From Patellaria atrata CBS 101060 (lineage: Eukaryota): a stretch of DNA of 64,000 nucleotides. Below are positions 39,406 through 51,927 of this stretch, in pieces (position 1 is the stretch's first letter; every line of letters begins with the position of its first letter). Position numbers and translations under genes: made by a program. The notes below the pieces were generated by a model, which did not search any database, had not been told where the DNA came from, and saw nothing but the letters and a program-made list of their open reading frames with translations. The DNA is taken from NCBI GenBank assembly GCA_010093705.1, contig MU006091.1:930001-994000 (forward strand), given 5' to 3'.

Positions 39406-41364
39406 GGAATTTAGCTGTTTTGATTTTTGAAGACGTATCCATATTTAGCATGGGTATCTGTAGGCCACTGCGCTCCTGCACGGTCTAGGAAGTGGTGCAT
39501 CAGCCAACAAGGGGGGGCCGAGAAGGGGTGAAGAGGAAAAGAACTAAGCCCACAGAGCCCACAGAGCCCGTTGCTCTTCACAAATGGCCAGAAAGGCCCG
39601 GCATGCCTCGCATCGGTTCATAAACCTTGCCGGCTCTTTGCTAAATCGCCTCCCGCGAGTCACACACCCACTGAAGGTAGAAAGCAACAACTTTGCTTTA
39701 GTTGCTTGTTGCCAACGATAGTAAGGTAGGTAGTGGCCAAAGATGCAGAGGGAGCCGGATCAATCATCAAAAGAGTAAAAGTTACATGTTGTGTAACTTG
39801 CTGTCAGCTCACCAGTTGAGTGGTTTATTTATTCGAGTGTCTCTCTGTGTGGCCGGAATGTTCTTAAGTGCTCGATAAAGAATGACCATGTTTTATGCCG
39901 GCTTTACTGTACTGTACAGAGCGAGAAACGGTTTGTTCATCTCCGCCACGACCGGTATCGTATTTTTCTTTTTTTACTCGCCGAATCCCTCAGCTCTCAA
40001 AGTCGAAGAAAAAGTTCCCGCTAGTCACCTCCCTGAGTCCCCTCAAGGCTCGGAGCGGTGGACAGTTGAAGAAGGGCTTAGCGCTGAGGTGGCATCCAAT
40101 ACGCAAGCGAATCCTAGACTGACTGGGCCAATAATGTTGCCCTTGAGATTTTATGAAGAGACTTTTAGAGGTCCGAGACTTGCAGTGGCAGCGTGAGTTC
40201 GCTGTGTGTGATGACCTAAGTGTCGTTATGCATCTGTGAGTGTGCTTATACGCAGTGCTTATGTCTATTCTCGATAGTAAACTCGTCGCCGAACTACTGA
40301 TGAATCCTTTCCAGATTGTGTTCTGTTTTTGTCAGTTATCATGCTTCTCCTGACTTCTGACTCGATATCGTTACTGAGTACTTGTACGATTCATTTCTGC
40401 TTCCCGAAATGGTCACCTAGCAGAGAGGCTCAGCATTGACACTTCCTTTTGGAGTAATCACATAGCGTCCCGAGAAGGTAAGCAGAATGAATCAATAGAT
40501 ATCGAAGTTGATGAGAAGAAAATTGTGAATATAGCAATTTGACCTAGGCGATCATGGTGAAGTTATTCAGTAGAGGGTTGAAGTTGATTTCCATTTCTCA
40601 AGACCTCACCGTTACCAGCTCGGGAGGAGCAATGGGTCAACTCTAAGGTATCAACCTCGAAACGGAAAGACTACAAGTTTGATAATCAATACCGTCTGTA
40701 CCTTATCTACGTTCGTGAAGAGCAGTTTACAGACTTTAAGACGGTAATATATTTAACTACGGTTTGTCCGAACAGATTCATAATTGACAATCTCTCAATA
40801 ATGGCATGCAGTCTCGGGGAAGCCAATGCAGGAACCATCACCAAAAGTCCCACGGCATCTGGTTTCAGATTTCTGAAACACATCAACCTTCCCACTGCAG
40901 AACTATCAACCATCACAATGATCACATATTATTCACGGCTATCGACAGTTCGAGCATTTATCCCACGCGCTTTTCCTGTTCTCTATGCGCATGCAGCAAG
41001 AAGTTGCTTCTTACGATTGGAACATCAACACCCTGGAAGCATGAAGGCTGACAAAGACCATAACATCTTTACGGGACTACACTTCGGGAAGTGTACTTGT
41101 ACAGTACGTCCAGCAAATCAAAGATTCAGATCTCTGATTGAGCGTTTGACATCTCACCCAATGCTCTCTCCCTTGCGAGGCATTGAGGTCAGCGAATGAT
41201 GATGTCGAACGCTCAGGAGATCTGTCGGCGGTTAACTTAATTACAGGTCCTATCGACCAAGGGACGACCTCGGCCTGTAAATTGACCCTCCATTCACTGC
41301 TACGAGGTAACTAATGAAAAAGAATATATTAATATCACAGCGCGCGGCACGTATATTCGAATAG

Positions 41365-41400
41365 ATGTCCGTCATGTCCGTCATGTCCGTCATGTCTGTC
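41365..41400. repeat. 9-bp tandem repeat (ATGTCCGTC)x4, last copy with one mismatch
   Basis: Read directly from the sequence. Confidence 0.9.
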
Positions 41401-43011
41401 GTCCAGAGTAGATAGGACTGCAATGGTATCATCTCCCTTGGATGAGGGAAGCTTCCTGAAGCAAGCGCTGGCTGTTTACCGCTATATTCGCATTAAGTCA
41501 ACGTCTAATCAAGGTTCTGAAAACTATTCGCAAAATCTACCCCACATCTGTGATAGAATATCAAACCAGATCCGTCGTGGTGACGGTTGTTATCGGCTGG
41601 GAACTGGTTGATCTCTCATGCGCAAAACGACTGGATTATTCTACTTTGATGCTCTAGATTCTCTAGAGTTTTTGGGTTGATCCTTTACCTGACAGACGGC
41701 TTTGTAGGGAACCTGGTGGACCTCCTGGCGCTCTACATACAGCATTTGATGCAAGATGCCCCTTTTTACAGTTATCAGATAATAATAAGCGTGGGTTGTG
41801 GTCATTTTATCCGGGTTCTCTGTATTTCTGCATATAGAATGCAACTGCAGTAGACTACTGAATGAATTAAACCAGTCATTTCTCTAGATTGCTAGTGGTT
41901 TTTACAATATGTTATTCCAATTGCGTTAAATTGTCTATTACTTCGGTCATTTGTAGTGATTAGACTTTCGAGCTACACATTTCCCATGAACTATACGAAT
42001 AAATAAGGCCACATGGCTCAGCGTCAACTGTCAAGACTTGTTATTACGAATTCACGCCACATCGAAGACGGAAGAAATAACGCAATTGGGAATGTCAAGA
42101 TTTAAGAGCCCAAAGTCAACATTTCCGTACCTGCATTAGTTTTGCTGCACAGGACATCAGACCGGCAAGGCTAACAATGCCTGGCTACGGCGGAGTGGAT
42201 ATCGCTTACTTTAGTACTTGCGAGGTTTTTGATTGAACTTCTGTTACGTCCTGAGGATACTTCTAGTTCGATGCCTTTACTATATTCAATCTTCAATGTT
42301 AAAAACCTGCAAAAGGAAGAGATCCTGCTTTGCAACACTCAAAGCGCTACGTATTGTTGTCTTACGCGAATTTCCTTGGAGCAACGGAAATTAATAGACT
42401 TTTCCGTCTGAGGATTAAAGTACTCGCCACGCTTCGATCTGAAACGCGTTTCATCGTACTGTACCATTTTCGGCAGTTCTGCTAATTCATGGGGAAGTCT
42501 GCTTATCTGCACGGTCCATCACTGTGGCGTTTCTTTAAAGTCTCCATCAGAGAGCAGATAGCAAACCCAAAGTAGTCAATATCGAAGACAAGGGCAGTCC
42601 ACCACGTGAAAAGATGGAATTGAAGATTTGCATACGAGTCATCTAGCTTCTGCGATTCGGCTTACTTCGCTCATTATTCATGTCCCTTTAGGGACCGCCG
42701 CTTACTGACACAATCATCACTTTTAAGCTGATTATGTATTTAACCAGACTTTGGACCAACTTCGACGAGCTTGAAGGCCTTTCATAGGATCACAATTCGA
42801 CTACCGTAAGGCTCTGGGAACCTTCCGCTGATTGCTCTGCAGGAACCGTAGGACCGACTTCTCGCCAACTTCTGCTCGGCGCTATAAGCTTACGGTCAAG
42901 AGTGCGGAGTTGGACTTAGGGGAGGTCGAAACGAGATGAATGTTTTCGTACTGTGTCATAAGGCAACATATCGACGGGGAGATCTGGAACACGACGATTA
43001 CGAACCTCATA

Positions 43012-43914
43012 TCATGTTTGGGCTACATTCCACCCAACACAATCCTCAAATTTGACGCCAGAACCACCGAAGATATCCAGCGCACTACCAATGGTAAGGT
43101 CGACCTTTCCGTTACTCAACATTTGCACAGTCTCAAGATCTTCCATATTTCTGCCCCCACCCGCGTAGGTGACGGGTATGGTACACCATTCTGCTAGCTT
43201 TCGAACCAACTCGTGGTCAATTCCTTGCTGCAGTCCTTCATTATCCGCAGCATGAATGAGGAATTCCGAGCAATACGGCTCTAAGAGTGATATCGATTCT
43301 TGGGACCTCGTTAGACACATATTAAGGTCTAATAATGTAAACTAATTTGGACAGCCCTACCTTGGCTAAGTTCCATATCTGTGATGGTTTGCCATTTATT
43401 CATAGCGACAAACCACGTATCTCCTTTACGCCTACAGCTCAGATCGATTACGAGCTTATTCTTATCGCTGCCTAAGGCCTCAAGGACCGATTTAAGCCTG
43501 GGTAGGGAGAACGTGCCATTCGGAAATAAGAAGGATGTTATGATCACCTACCATGAAATTCTTAGCTATCGATTAGATCGATCGTGTATCTGATAAAACA
43601 GTTTATGAATTTACTTTCTCGGCGCCCTTCTCGATCCATGACCTTGCATTCTGATCTGTGATGCCTCCGCCAACCTGTAGCCCATCTTTCCACGCTGCCA
43701 AAGCTTCTTCAGCCGCATCCTGATTGCCGGGGCCTAGCATGATGACATGAGCGCCCGTCAACCCGTTCTCCTCGTACAGCTTCGCAAAGTATCCGGGAGA
43801 ATGTTCTGAAACATAATTGGTCTTGAGGTCGTTGGAGGAATCGGTGAGCGTCGCGCCGACTATTTGCTTCACCTGACCAGCGTGGAGATCTATACAGGGC
43901 CGGAATCGAGTCAT
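43012..43914 (-). CDS. HIS6: Phosphoribosylformimino-AICAR isomerase (His6)
   Basis: [82 protein letters not shown]; two introns. Confidence 0.95.
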
Positions 43915-44097
43915 TGGCAAAGCGTTCAATGCGAACTTTTTGCAATGTCGTGCAAGGGGGGAAGAGAGGGAAATGAGGATGGAAATAGTTCTGCCGCCGC
44001 TCACCGCTTCCTGAAAACCATGAACATTCTTTTTTTTTTTTTTTGGGAACTTTCCGAATGCGAAAACTGCGATTTGCTCAAGCGAAATTCCACCAAC

Positions 44098-45060
44098 ATG
44101 GCTGTGGTGTTGGGAATGCGAAAGCGACAGACTCAAACTACTCTAGCGAAGCGGAAACAGCCCTCTCTATGCTCGTCAGAGGACTCTAATGAGGACTTAC
44201 AAGCGGTTTTCCGCCGCCACTTCGAGGCGCAATTCAAGCCTCTGGACAAGAAACCCGCGCCCAAACCCCAGGAACAACCCCAGATATCCGATTTAGAAGA
44301 CGGGGAGGAGGAAGAGGAGGAGGAGGAGGAGGATTGGGCTGGCTTGTCCCCCTCCCCGGAGCCAGCTGTCGAAATCATAGAACACGTCACAACCACGACC
44401 TCGACCCGCGCCAGCAAATCCGAGCTCAAAGCCTTCCACGTAAGCCCTCCTCAACTCCCGCTTCCTAAAAATACCCTCAACCTAGTAAATGTAAATACTA
44501 ATAAGTCGTAGTCATCTAAACCCCCCTCCCTCCTCCCCACGCTCTCGCTCTCCACCTCAAACCCCCCTTCCAAAGCCGACGAAGATGACACAACAGAAGC
44601 CCAAAACCTCAAAAACGACCTCGCCCTCCAACGCCTCCTCTCTGAATCACACCTCCTCTCTTCCCTCTCCACTTCCACCTCCCTTGACCTATCTCTCACA
44701 GGCCGCCATAGACACAAATCCACCGACCTCCGCCTCCTGACCCTCGGCGCGCGGTCCTCCCTCACGGACCCCCTGGCCCAGAAGATGCCCATGGCCATGC
44801 GCAGGGGTATATTGGGGAAGCAGGCGGAGCGGGAGAGCAAGAGGCGGAAGGAGGCGAGGGAGAATGGGGTTATTTTGGAGAGAGCGGTGGGAGGGAGTGC
44901 GAAGAAGAGAAGGGAGAGGAGGGAGAGAGGAGTTGGGGCGCCTACGGTGGGGAGGTTCAAGGGGGGGACGTTGAGTTTGTCCAGGAGGGATGTTGCTAGT
45001 ATTACGGGAGCGGCGCAGGGTGGAAAGGGGAGGAGGAAGGGGAAGGGGAGGAAAAGATGA
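44098..45060 (+). CDS. FAF1: Faf1-like nucleolar 40S biogenesis factor
   Basis: MAVVLGMRKR...VFRRHFEAQFKPL; NLKNDLALQRLLSESHLL; KMPMAMRRGI...RRKEARENGVILE...GAPTVGRFKGGTLSLSRRDV; intron at about 44440-44511. Confidence 0.75.
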
Positions 45061-46535
45061 TTTTGTGGGGGAAAGAAATAGGCTGGGGATGAGGACTCGT
45101 TGAATATTTGAGGACTATGCCTCCTTATGAAGACTTCGCTGGATAGCATGAGCGAAGAGTGGGATTTACACCTAGACGTCCACTATGTAGATATAAGATT
45201 CCCGTCCTTGGGGCATATCAAAGCTACACAAAGTAGCCACAACCACGTGAACCATCATGTTTGATTCCTGTTTACATAACGTCTACCTTTGTGCGGTCCC
45301 ATAAAGGGCCGGGTCCAAGCAGACTAAGGCCATGCTAAGGGAAAGCCTACATACAGTATCTTGTAGGAGAAAACCCTTTGGATAGCAATACAACTAGGGG
45401 GACTCGCAGGGGAGGCCCCTATGAATAATTTCCTACTGATAATACATCCATGCTCGACTTTCTAGTAGTGGAAGCTCTCCTTCTGCACTCCTAACGGAAG
45501 TATTCAACTATATCTATCCCGTGATCATAACAGAACCTTTAAAAGATTTTTTCTAAAAAGAATTAGTTAAAAAAAAAAAAGCAAAAGAAAACCTCCGTAG
45601 AGGGAAAGTTAACCCGCCGGCGAACGCATTTAACTTTATAAACTGACTGAAGGAAATATGACAAAGGAAAATTACCACTCAGCTATTGCCGCCAGAATTA
45701 AAAGTGAGAACCTTTTGAGCACTTATAAGGGACTTGTTAGTTAAGGGATTTTGTTTGTACCTCCAGTCACGAATTGACATAAGTCATGTGACTCACGTAT
45801 TTAGTTTTGGTTTCGCACCAAAAGGAAATATATGGCTACTTTCATAGAAATCCCAAATGTAACAGCTAATACATTTAGAGTAATTACCTCTCACCTTCCC
45901 CTCTCCCCTCATGTAAGCTGCACCGCTGTACTATATTCTTCCGTCTCGCCTGCTCAGTGGATATGTACCATATTGCTGTAGGGAATATTAGCGCTGGTAG
46001 ACCTCAAGCTCTTAAGATCGTAGAGGTACAGATATCCTATCCGAACATAACCTAGAACCCTATACTAGGACACGACGCATTAAAGACGCTGGCGAGGCAA
46101 GTGCTGTACGGTGAAGGGACGGCGAACCATGTGAATTAATGTAACGGTCACTGAGCACTTCATACTGATAGGTCAGGTGCAACTAAATATATTATGCTAA
46201 GGAGTAAGAATATCTATAATAGCTACTCTCTGGTTAAGTTCCATGCCAAGAGATTAGATCTGATTAATAGGAGATGGGCGTGAGCCTCGTCCTATCTGCT
46301 CACGCTTGTTCCGTGACAATTAAAGTGTTTCCATTTTGACTAAAGTACAAAAAGAATCCTATTCTAATTCTTGCGGATATGAGGATAAACATCCGCCAAT
46401 GCGATCTCCCCAGACGACCCAGTTCAAAATACTCCAGAGTCCCGATAACCTGTCGTCAAGGTTCCCCTACCCTTCGTGGTATTGAAATTTAGGAAAAATG
46501 TTTCGATTACATAAGTGTTGTGGGTAAAACATAAC

Positions 46536-49500
46536 CTATCCTTAAGGGTATAGTTAGCAGCTTGAATATCTCTGAGTTCGAGGGTAGACTTACGAGCCCC
46601 ACCAGATGCGAGAGGGGTGCCAACACTTGAGACTGGTCCGGTGGACCTGCCATCAGCCAGTGAAGATGCCCTATCATCTTGATCTGCAAGCTCGGGATGA
46701 TCTCTCACAGCCTCTGCGATTTTCGCATGGAGACACTCCTATACATTGCGTCAGTAATAGTAATATTAGAAATGTTATTAGCGAATAGGTACCTCAATCG
46801 TGTTTGCGTCCTGATACAAGACACTACCGTCCTCGTTATACTGTCGGCAATTGTCACAGAGTAATTTGACGTCAGCTTTGAACTCCCTAAGGCTTTGGTA
46901 CTTCTTCGTATCGATCTTCTTCTTGATTTGGTCGAGACAGATAGGCTTCGCAATGATCTGGTAGTAATCGGGGTAATCGAGACGAGGGGGTAACTCTATG
47001 AAAGGACCGCTGATATCCCGGTTGGGTATTGATGGGTCTGTCGATTCCTCTTCAAGGTCTTCCACGGTTTCATAAATAATATCGAGGGCCGCTTGAAGAG
47101 TTGCCCTCTCCTCTTTAGATAGAGTCTCCATAACTCTTCCGTTGCCTCGACTGCGTTTCTTAGAAGAAGGGGGTTCCTCGTCAAGAGATGCCTCATCGGC
47201 TTTGCGTTTCTCTATCTTCGGCTTTCTGCCTCGTTTCTTGACAGGAGGTGGTGGTGACTCGGAGCTATCTCTCGATGGAGCAGGCGAGTCACCCACGTCA
47301 TATTCTCCTTTCGCCCGCTTGTCTTTATTGACCGCCCGTCTAGCTTTGCGAGCTTCCTTTCTCGCGACGGCAGCCTCAATGGTATCTTCATCATTATCAA
47401 CAGCTTCGAGCCACTGCTCCTCAGTAAGACCATCGTCATATTTGACTCTCGTCCGTTCTCTCGCGCCACGACCGTACGCTTCCTCGATCTCTTCTACGAC
47501 AGGAACATCATCATTGACATAAATATCAGGTAATTCTGCTTCACTAAGAAGACGAGGATACTTCTTGTCAGGACCATATTTGGAATTCTTAGCACGTTCG
47601 ATGTCCATTTTTTGGAAAAGTTCCAGCTCAGCTTCAGACCGCATCATGATAAGGTTAAGGTCTTCATCGTCTTGCTCATCTTGCTCGAGGTTCTCAGCAG
47701 CTTCAGCTGATTCCAACATGATCCTAAGCATAGCATCTCGCTCCTCGTTAGTGGATTTGTTATCGAACTTTCCGGCCTGAATGACTTTGCCGTCCATATC
47801 AAGTTTGAAATTGGCACGCTCAAGAATCTTCTCTTCTACGGAATTCGAGCTAATCAGTCTCAAAATTCGAACTTCATTCTTTTGACCGATGCGATGTGCA
47901 CGGTCCTGGGCCTGCAGATCCTGATGCGGATTCCAATCAGAGTCGTAGATGATGACCGTGTCAGCAGTCTGGAGATTCAATCCAAGACCCCCGGCACGAG
48001 TAGAGAGGAGAAACATGAAATATGGTGAATCAGGAGCGTTGAAGAGTCTGAGGAGTTCTGACCGGTCATCAGCTTTCGTAGAGCCATCTAGACGGAGATA
48101 TAAGATCCCTCGTAGGCGGAGGAAGTCTTCCATGATGTTCATGATCTGAGTCATTTGAAAGAACATAAGGACCCTGTGATTTGTTGCTTGAAATTTTGGT
48201 AGAATTCGATCGAGCAACTCGAATTTGCCAGCAGTACGCCATAGTAAATCATTAGAAGCCTTTCCTGGATTCATCTGTTCCTCTACTTCTTCGAAGACGA
48301 AAGGATGGTTGCAAAGTTTGCGCAATTGCATCAACATGTTGCTCAAGCCTCGCATGCCTGTTCTGCCGCCCTTGCCATCGCTGACCATGAGCCTATTATG
48401 ATTTACAAGATGCTTGTAGAGTTTAGCTTGCAAGGAAGAAAAGTTGCATTTGATAACGCGTTCCTGCTTGTCAGGCAAATCCTTCTCGACATCTTTCTTA
48501 AGACGACGAAGCAAGAATGGTCTGAGAACCTTGTGGAGACGTCTAATAACGAGTAGCTGTTCTTCTTCGGTCAATTCCATCTTATCCTGACCACCTGTGT
48601 TGGCAAACGGTGTGTTGAACCATTCATCGAAAGATTTGACGGATTTGAAGATGTTAGGGAGCACGAAATTGAGGAGAGCCCAAAGCTCAGGAAGGTTGTT
48701 TTGAAGCGGAGTACCGGTAAGAATAAGACGATAGCGTGTATGGTAGTGTTGTGTGATTGTGCTACTCAGCTTGGAGTTTGCGTTCTTCATGCGATGACCT
48801 TCGTCAACAATCATGTGTACCCACTTAACCCTACTCAATACGTGCTTATCCTTGATGATAAACTCGTACGTTGTAAGTAGGACCTGAAAATTACCTTGCC
48901 GAATCTGCTGCTGCTGCTGCTTTCTAGCATTGGGAGGACCTTTGTAAACGATCTTTGACACACTCGGGGCCCACTTCTCGAACTCGTTATTCCAGTTCGT
49001 GAGTGTACTCAGAGGGACTATAACAAGATACGGACCCCGTTGCTGTTTCTTTTCGATCAGGTAGGTGATCAAACTGATACTCTGAATCGTCTTGCCCAAG
49101 CCCATTTCATCCGCGAGAATACCGTTGAGTTTATTATTGTAGAGCGACAGCATCCACTGGAGACCTTTCAGTTGATACTCTTTCAAGCTACCGCCGACAA
49201 GGTTGCTTGATTGTGCAACGACTTCCTCCTTTATTTTGTGAGCAACCTCGTAGTAGTCGACCTTCGTTCGCTTCTCCCCTTCCTCTTCATCGAGTTCGCT
49301 CTCGTCAGAGCTCTCTTCTGGGAGATCATCTCCATACTTTTCTGCGGCGCTGCGCTGTTGAGCTTTGACGGAGGAAGCGAGCTGATTCAGGAAGCCGTCT
49401 GTTTGTTTAAGAAGGTGAGAGATACGGCTATCCTTAGCTTGACCTAGGAGTTTGAGGTATGTCTCTTCGTCGTTGGCTTTGAGGGCTTGGAGACGCTGCT

Positions 49501-50954
49501 TAGCAGTTCGTTCAATCCGCTTTTGTTCTTCTTTCTCAATGTTGCTATGCGTAGTTTGCATAAGTTTACCAAGCCTTTGCTGCCTAGTCTTTTGCGTGAA
49601 AGACTCGCGGTGGACTTCTTCAGCGTGCGACACTATGGACTTCAAGAAATCAGTATGCTTCTTCTTCTCCTTTGTTTCACGGGCGTCGCGCTGCTGCTTC
49701 TCGAGCTTTTCGGTAATGCGCGCTTCCCGAAGGGACTGTTTCTTTACTCGACGATATTGAGCACGGTTTGCCGTCATCGCTAAATTATCCGCATGTATCA
49801 TCTCACGACTGATTTGCTGTCTCAAAGCACGTTGTTTCGGCAGCAGGCACAACATCTTGTACTCGATGATTGCTCTCAGTTTTAGGGAGGACTCTCCATT
49901 TGGCGAATCCGACTTGCTGGTGTCCCAAGATCCAATGCTTCCAGGAAGCTTCTCTAGCTCAGCTTTTCGTGACATGATGCGATTATAAATTATATTCTCG
50001 CGTTCTTCCCGCAGTTTATCCACATCAACCCCAGCGGGCATGATACTGGGTACTATGGTCCTATTCTCCCGTCTGCCATGCTTCAGGAAACCGATAGATT
50101 TCGCTATCAACTCATAGGGAGATGTGAACGTCTCATAACCTTTGCGGACTACTTCTTCATTGTGCTCAGCACCCTCCGCTACAGTCTCGCTAGATGCCCG
50201 ATTGACGGTATCGAGAGCTTGATTAGCGGCATCGATGGTTTCGCTGGGTGTAGCAGCTTTCTTTGGCTGCTGAGAAGGGAAAAGCTGTTGCTGTAAACTA
50301 GGTGGTACGGACATGCCTTTAGACAAAGCCTTGAAAGCACTAATCTGAGCTCTAAGGAGCATGATCTGTTCTGTCGTGAAGGTGCTAGCATTGTTAGCTG
50401 CTGCTTGTGCTGTAGGTTTGGCGTCCGTAATCTGCTGGTGCGAAGTTGATGTTGGAGTCGGATTACTATTTGACGTAGGGGTAACTATTGGAAGGGCAGC
50501 AGGAGAAGAAGCCGAAGCATCAGTAGTCGCTGCAGTAGATAGCTTAACACCGTTCGTAGGTGGTGGTAGTGGAACTTGTTGTGCGGCTCCATTTTGTTGA
50601 GCTTGTTGCTGGCGCTCCATGATTTGACGCTGCATCTGCATCTTCTGCAAGTTGTTCTTCGCTTGTACAGCCTTAAGAATCCCAAGTAGTTTTAGATATT
50701 CCGGGTCGGTCTCAGATACACCCTGTGATTTCATCTGTTGGAATTTCTGTGGACGTGAAGGTCAGCAGTATTCCTAGGATGGTAAAATTGCGGGTTAAAG
50801 TGAAACAGAGAACATATGTACGTAGATCTACAATATAGAGTGTAACGACACGTACCTGAAACATCTGGTGAATATTTTCCTTGGTCATATTTGGGGGTAA
50901 AGGAGCCATGCCGCCCTGTTGGGGGGGGGCACGAGATGCCTGGACGGATGCCAT
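46536..50954 (-). CDS. STH1: SWI/SNF-RSC family chromatin-remodelling ATPase (QLQ, HSA, SNF2 helicase, SnAC, bromodomain)
   Basis: LNGILADEMGLGKTIQ, MIVDEGHRMKN, LTGTPLQN, FLLSTRAGGLGLNLQTADTV, QAQDRAHRIGQ; bromodomain YPDYYQIIAKPICL. First exon MASVQASRAPP; two 3' introns. The final few codons are uncertain (the unspliced frame ends at 46424). Confidence 0.93.
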
Positions 50955-51927
50955 AGTTGCATATAATGTCAAACTTGTCTCTTATAGCTCATCCGCGGTA
51001 ATCGTAATGCGCCAACGTTGCGTAAGCTCCAGATATTCAATGCCAGTCTACTAACGCAGACAAACTGCTCGATAGCAGTAAACGCGCCCAATGGGGAAGG
51101 TGGCAAGACTGGGTGTGCGATGTAGAGCGGTTCACTTCATCAAAAGGAAGTGTAAGTGTGTTGAATAGGTATGCGACAGGATGTTTGCGGCCAATGCGGA
51201 AGATGGGTGGATGCGCGGGAGTGGTTTGTAGTCGCGCCAAAGGCGACAGGATATCAAGCGGTGGTGTCGAAATGAGCGTGGAGAAGGGAAAGAGAGCGAG
51301 TAAGCGGTAAAAGCGACGCGGTTGCGTTTCCACGCGTCGATATAAATTGTTATCTATCGCGGATGATGCGGCGGGGATAAGATTATTCTGGGGGAGCCGT
51401 CTTGGTGTTTTTCACGATTTGACGAGAACGAGAACTGCTCTGGTGCCAGGCTGCTGTGAGCGAGCGAACGGGCAAGTGAGAGGGAGAAACTACACCAAAG
51501 ACCCAGCCGCTAAGCCCCGCTTGGCTGTCACGTGATATACCCTTTGGTCAACCACAACGGCAGATACATCGAATTTGAATTAAGCTGCATCTCACACAAT
51601 GGTAATCAATAAGAGCATACCAAGTTCGATTATTCTATACTGTCGAAGTTAATTCTAATCATACAAATCTTGAAGTCTTAATAAGCAGGTGATCTGCAGC
51701 CTTGAAGTCCGGGCAGATATATATCCTGATCAGCTCTTATTCCCGTCATACTTCCTCATGGTACAAAAATGATGTTCTCTACGGTCATTAACCTGATCAT
51801 ACGCCTTTGGTAAAGTAACTGGCCCATATGCCGTAGGTGAACCCGGAAATCGAACAGTATAGAGGTGAACAGGTGGGAAAGGAATGATCGGGTGCTAAAG
51901 TGTCTGTGTTCACAATGCGGGACGCAT

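Noticed and set aside
28822..43914. HTS1 and HIS6 as a histidine gene cluster
   Set aside because: They are more than 12 kb apart and separated by unrelated genes; likely coincidence
43864..44097. ORF-track N-terminal extensions of FAF1 and HIS6 that overlap each other
   Set aside because: Conserved N-termini begin at 44098 and 43914; the extensions are open-frame run-ons through the promoter
45100..46400. Intergenic block with A/T runs, considered as a repeat relic or NUMT
   Set aside because: No TIR, TSD or identifiable coding similarity
47142..50600. Numerous antisense ORFs over STH1 (and similarly over other genes)
   Set aside because: Shadow ORFs of real coding sequence with no independent motifs
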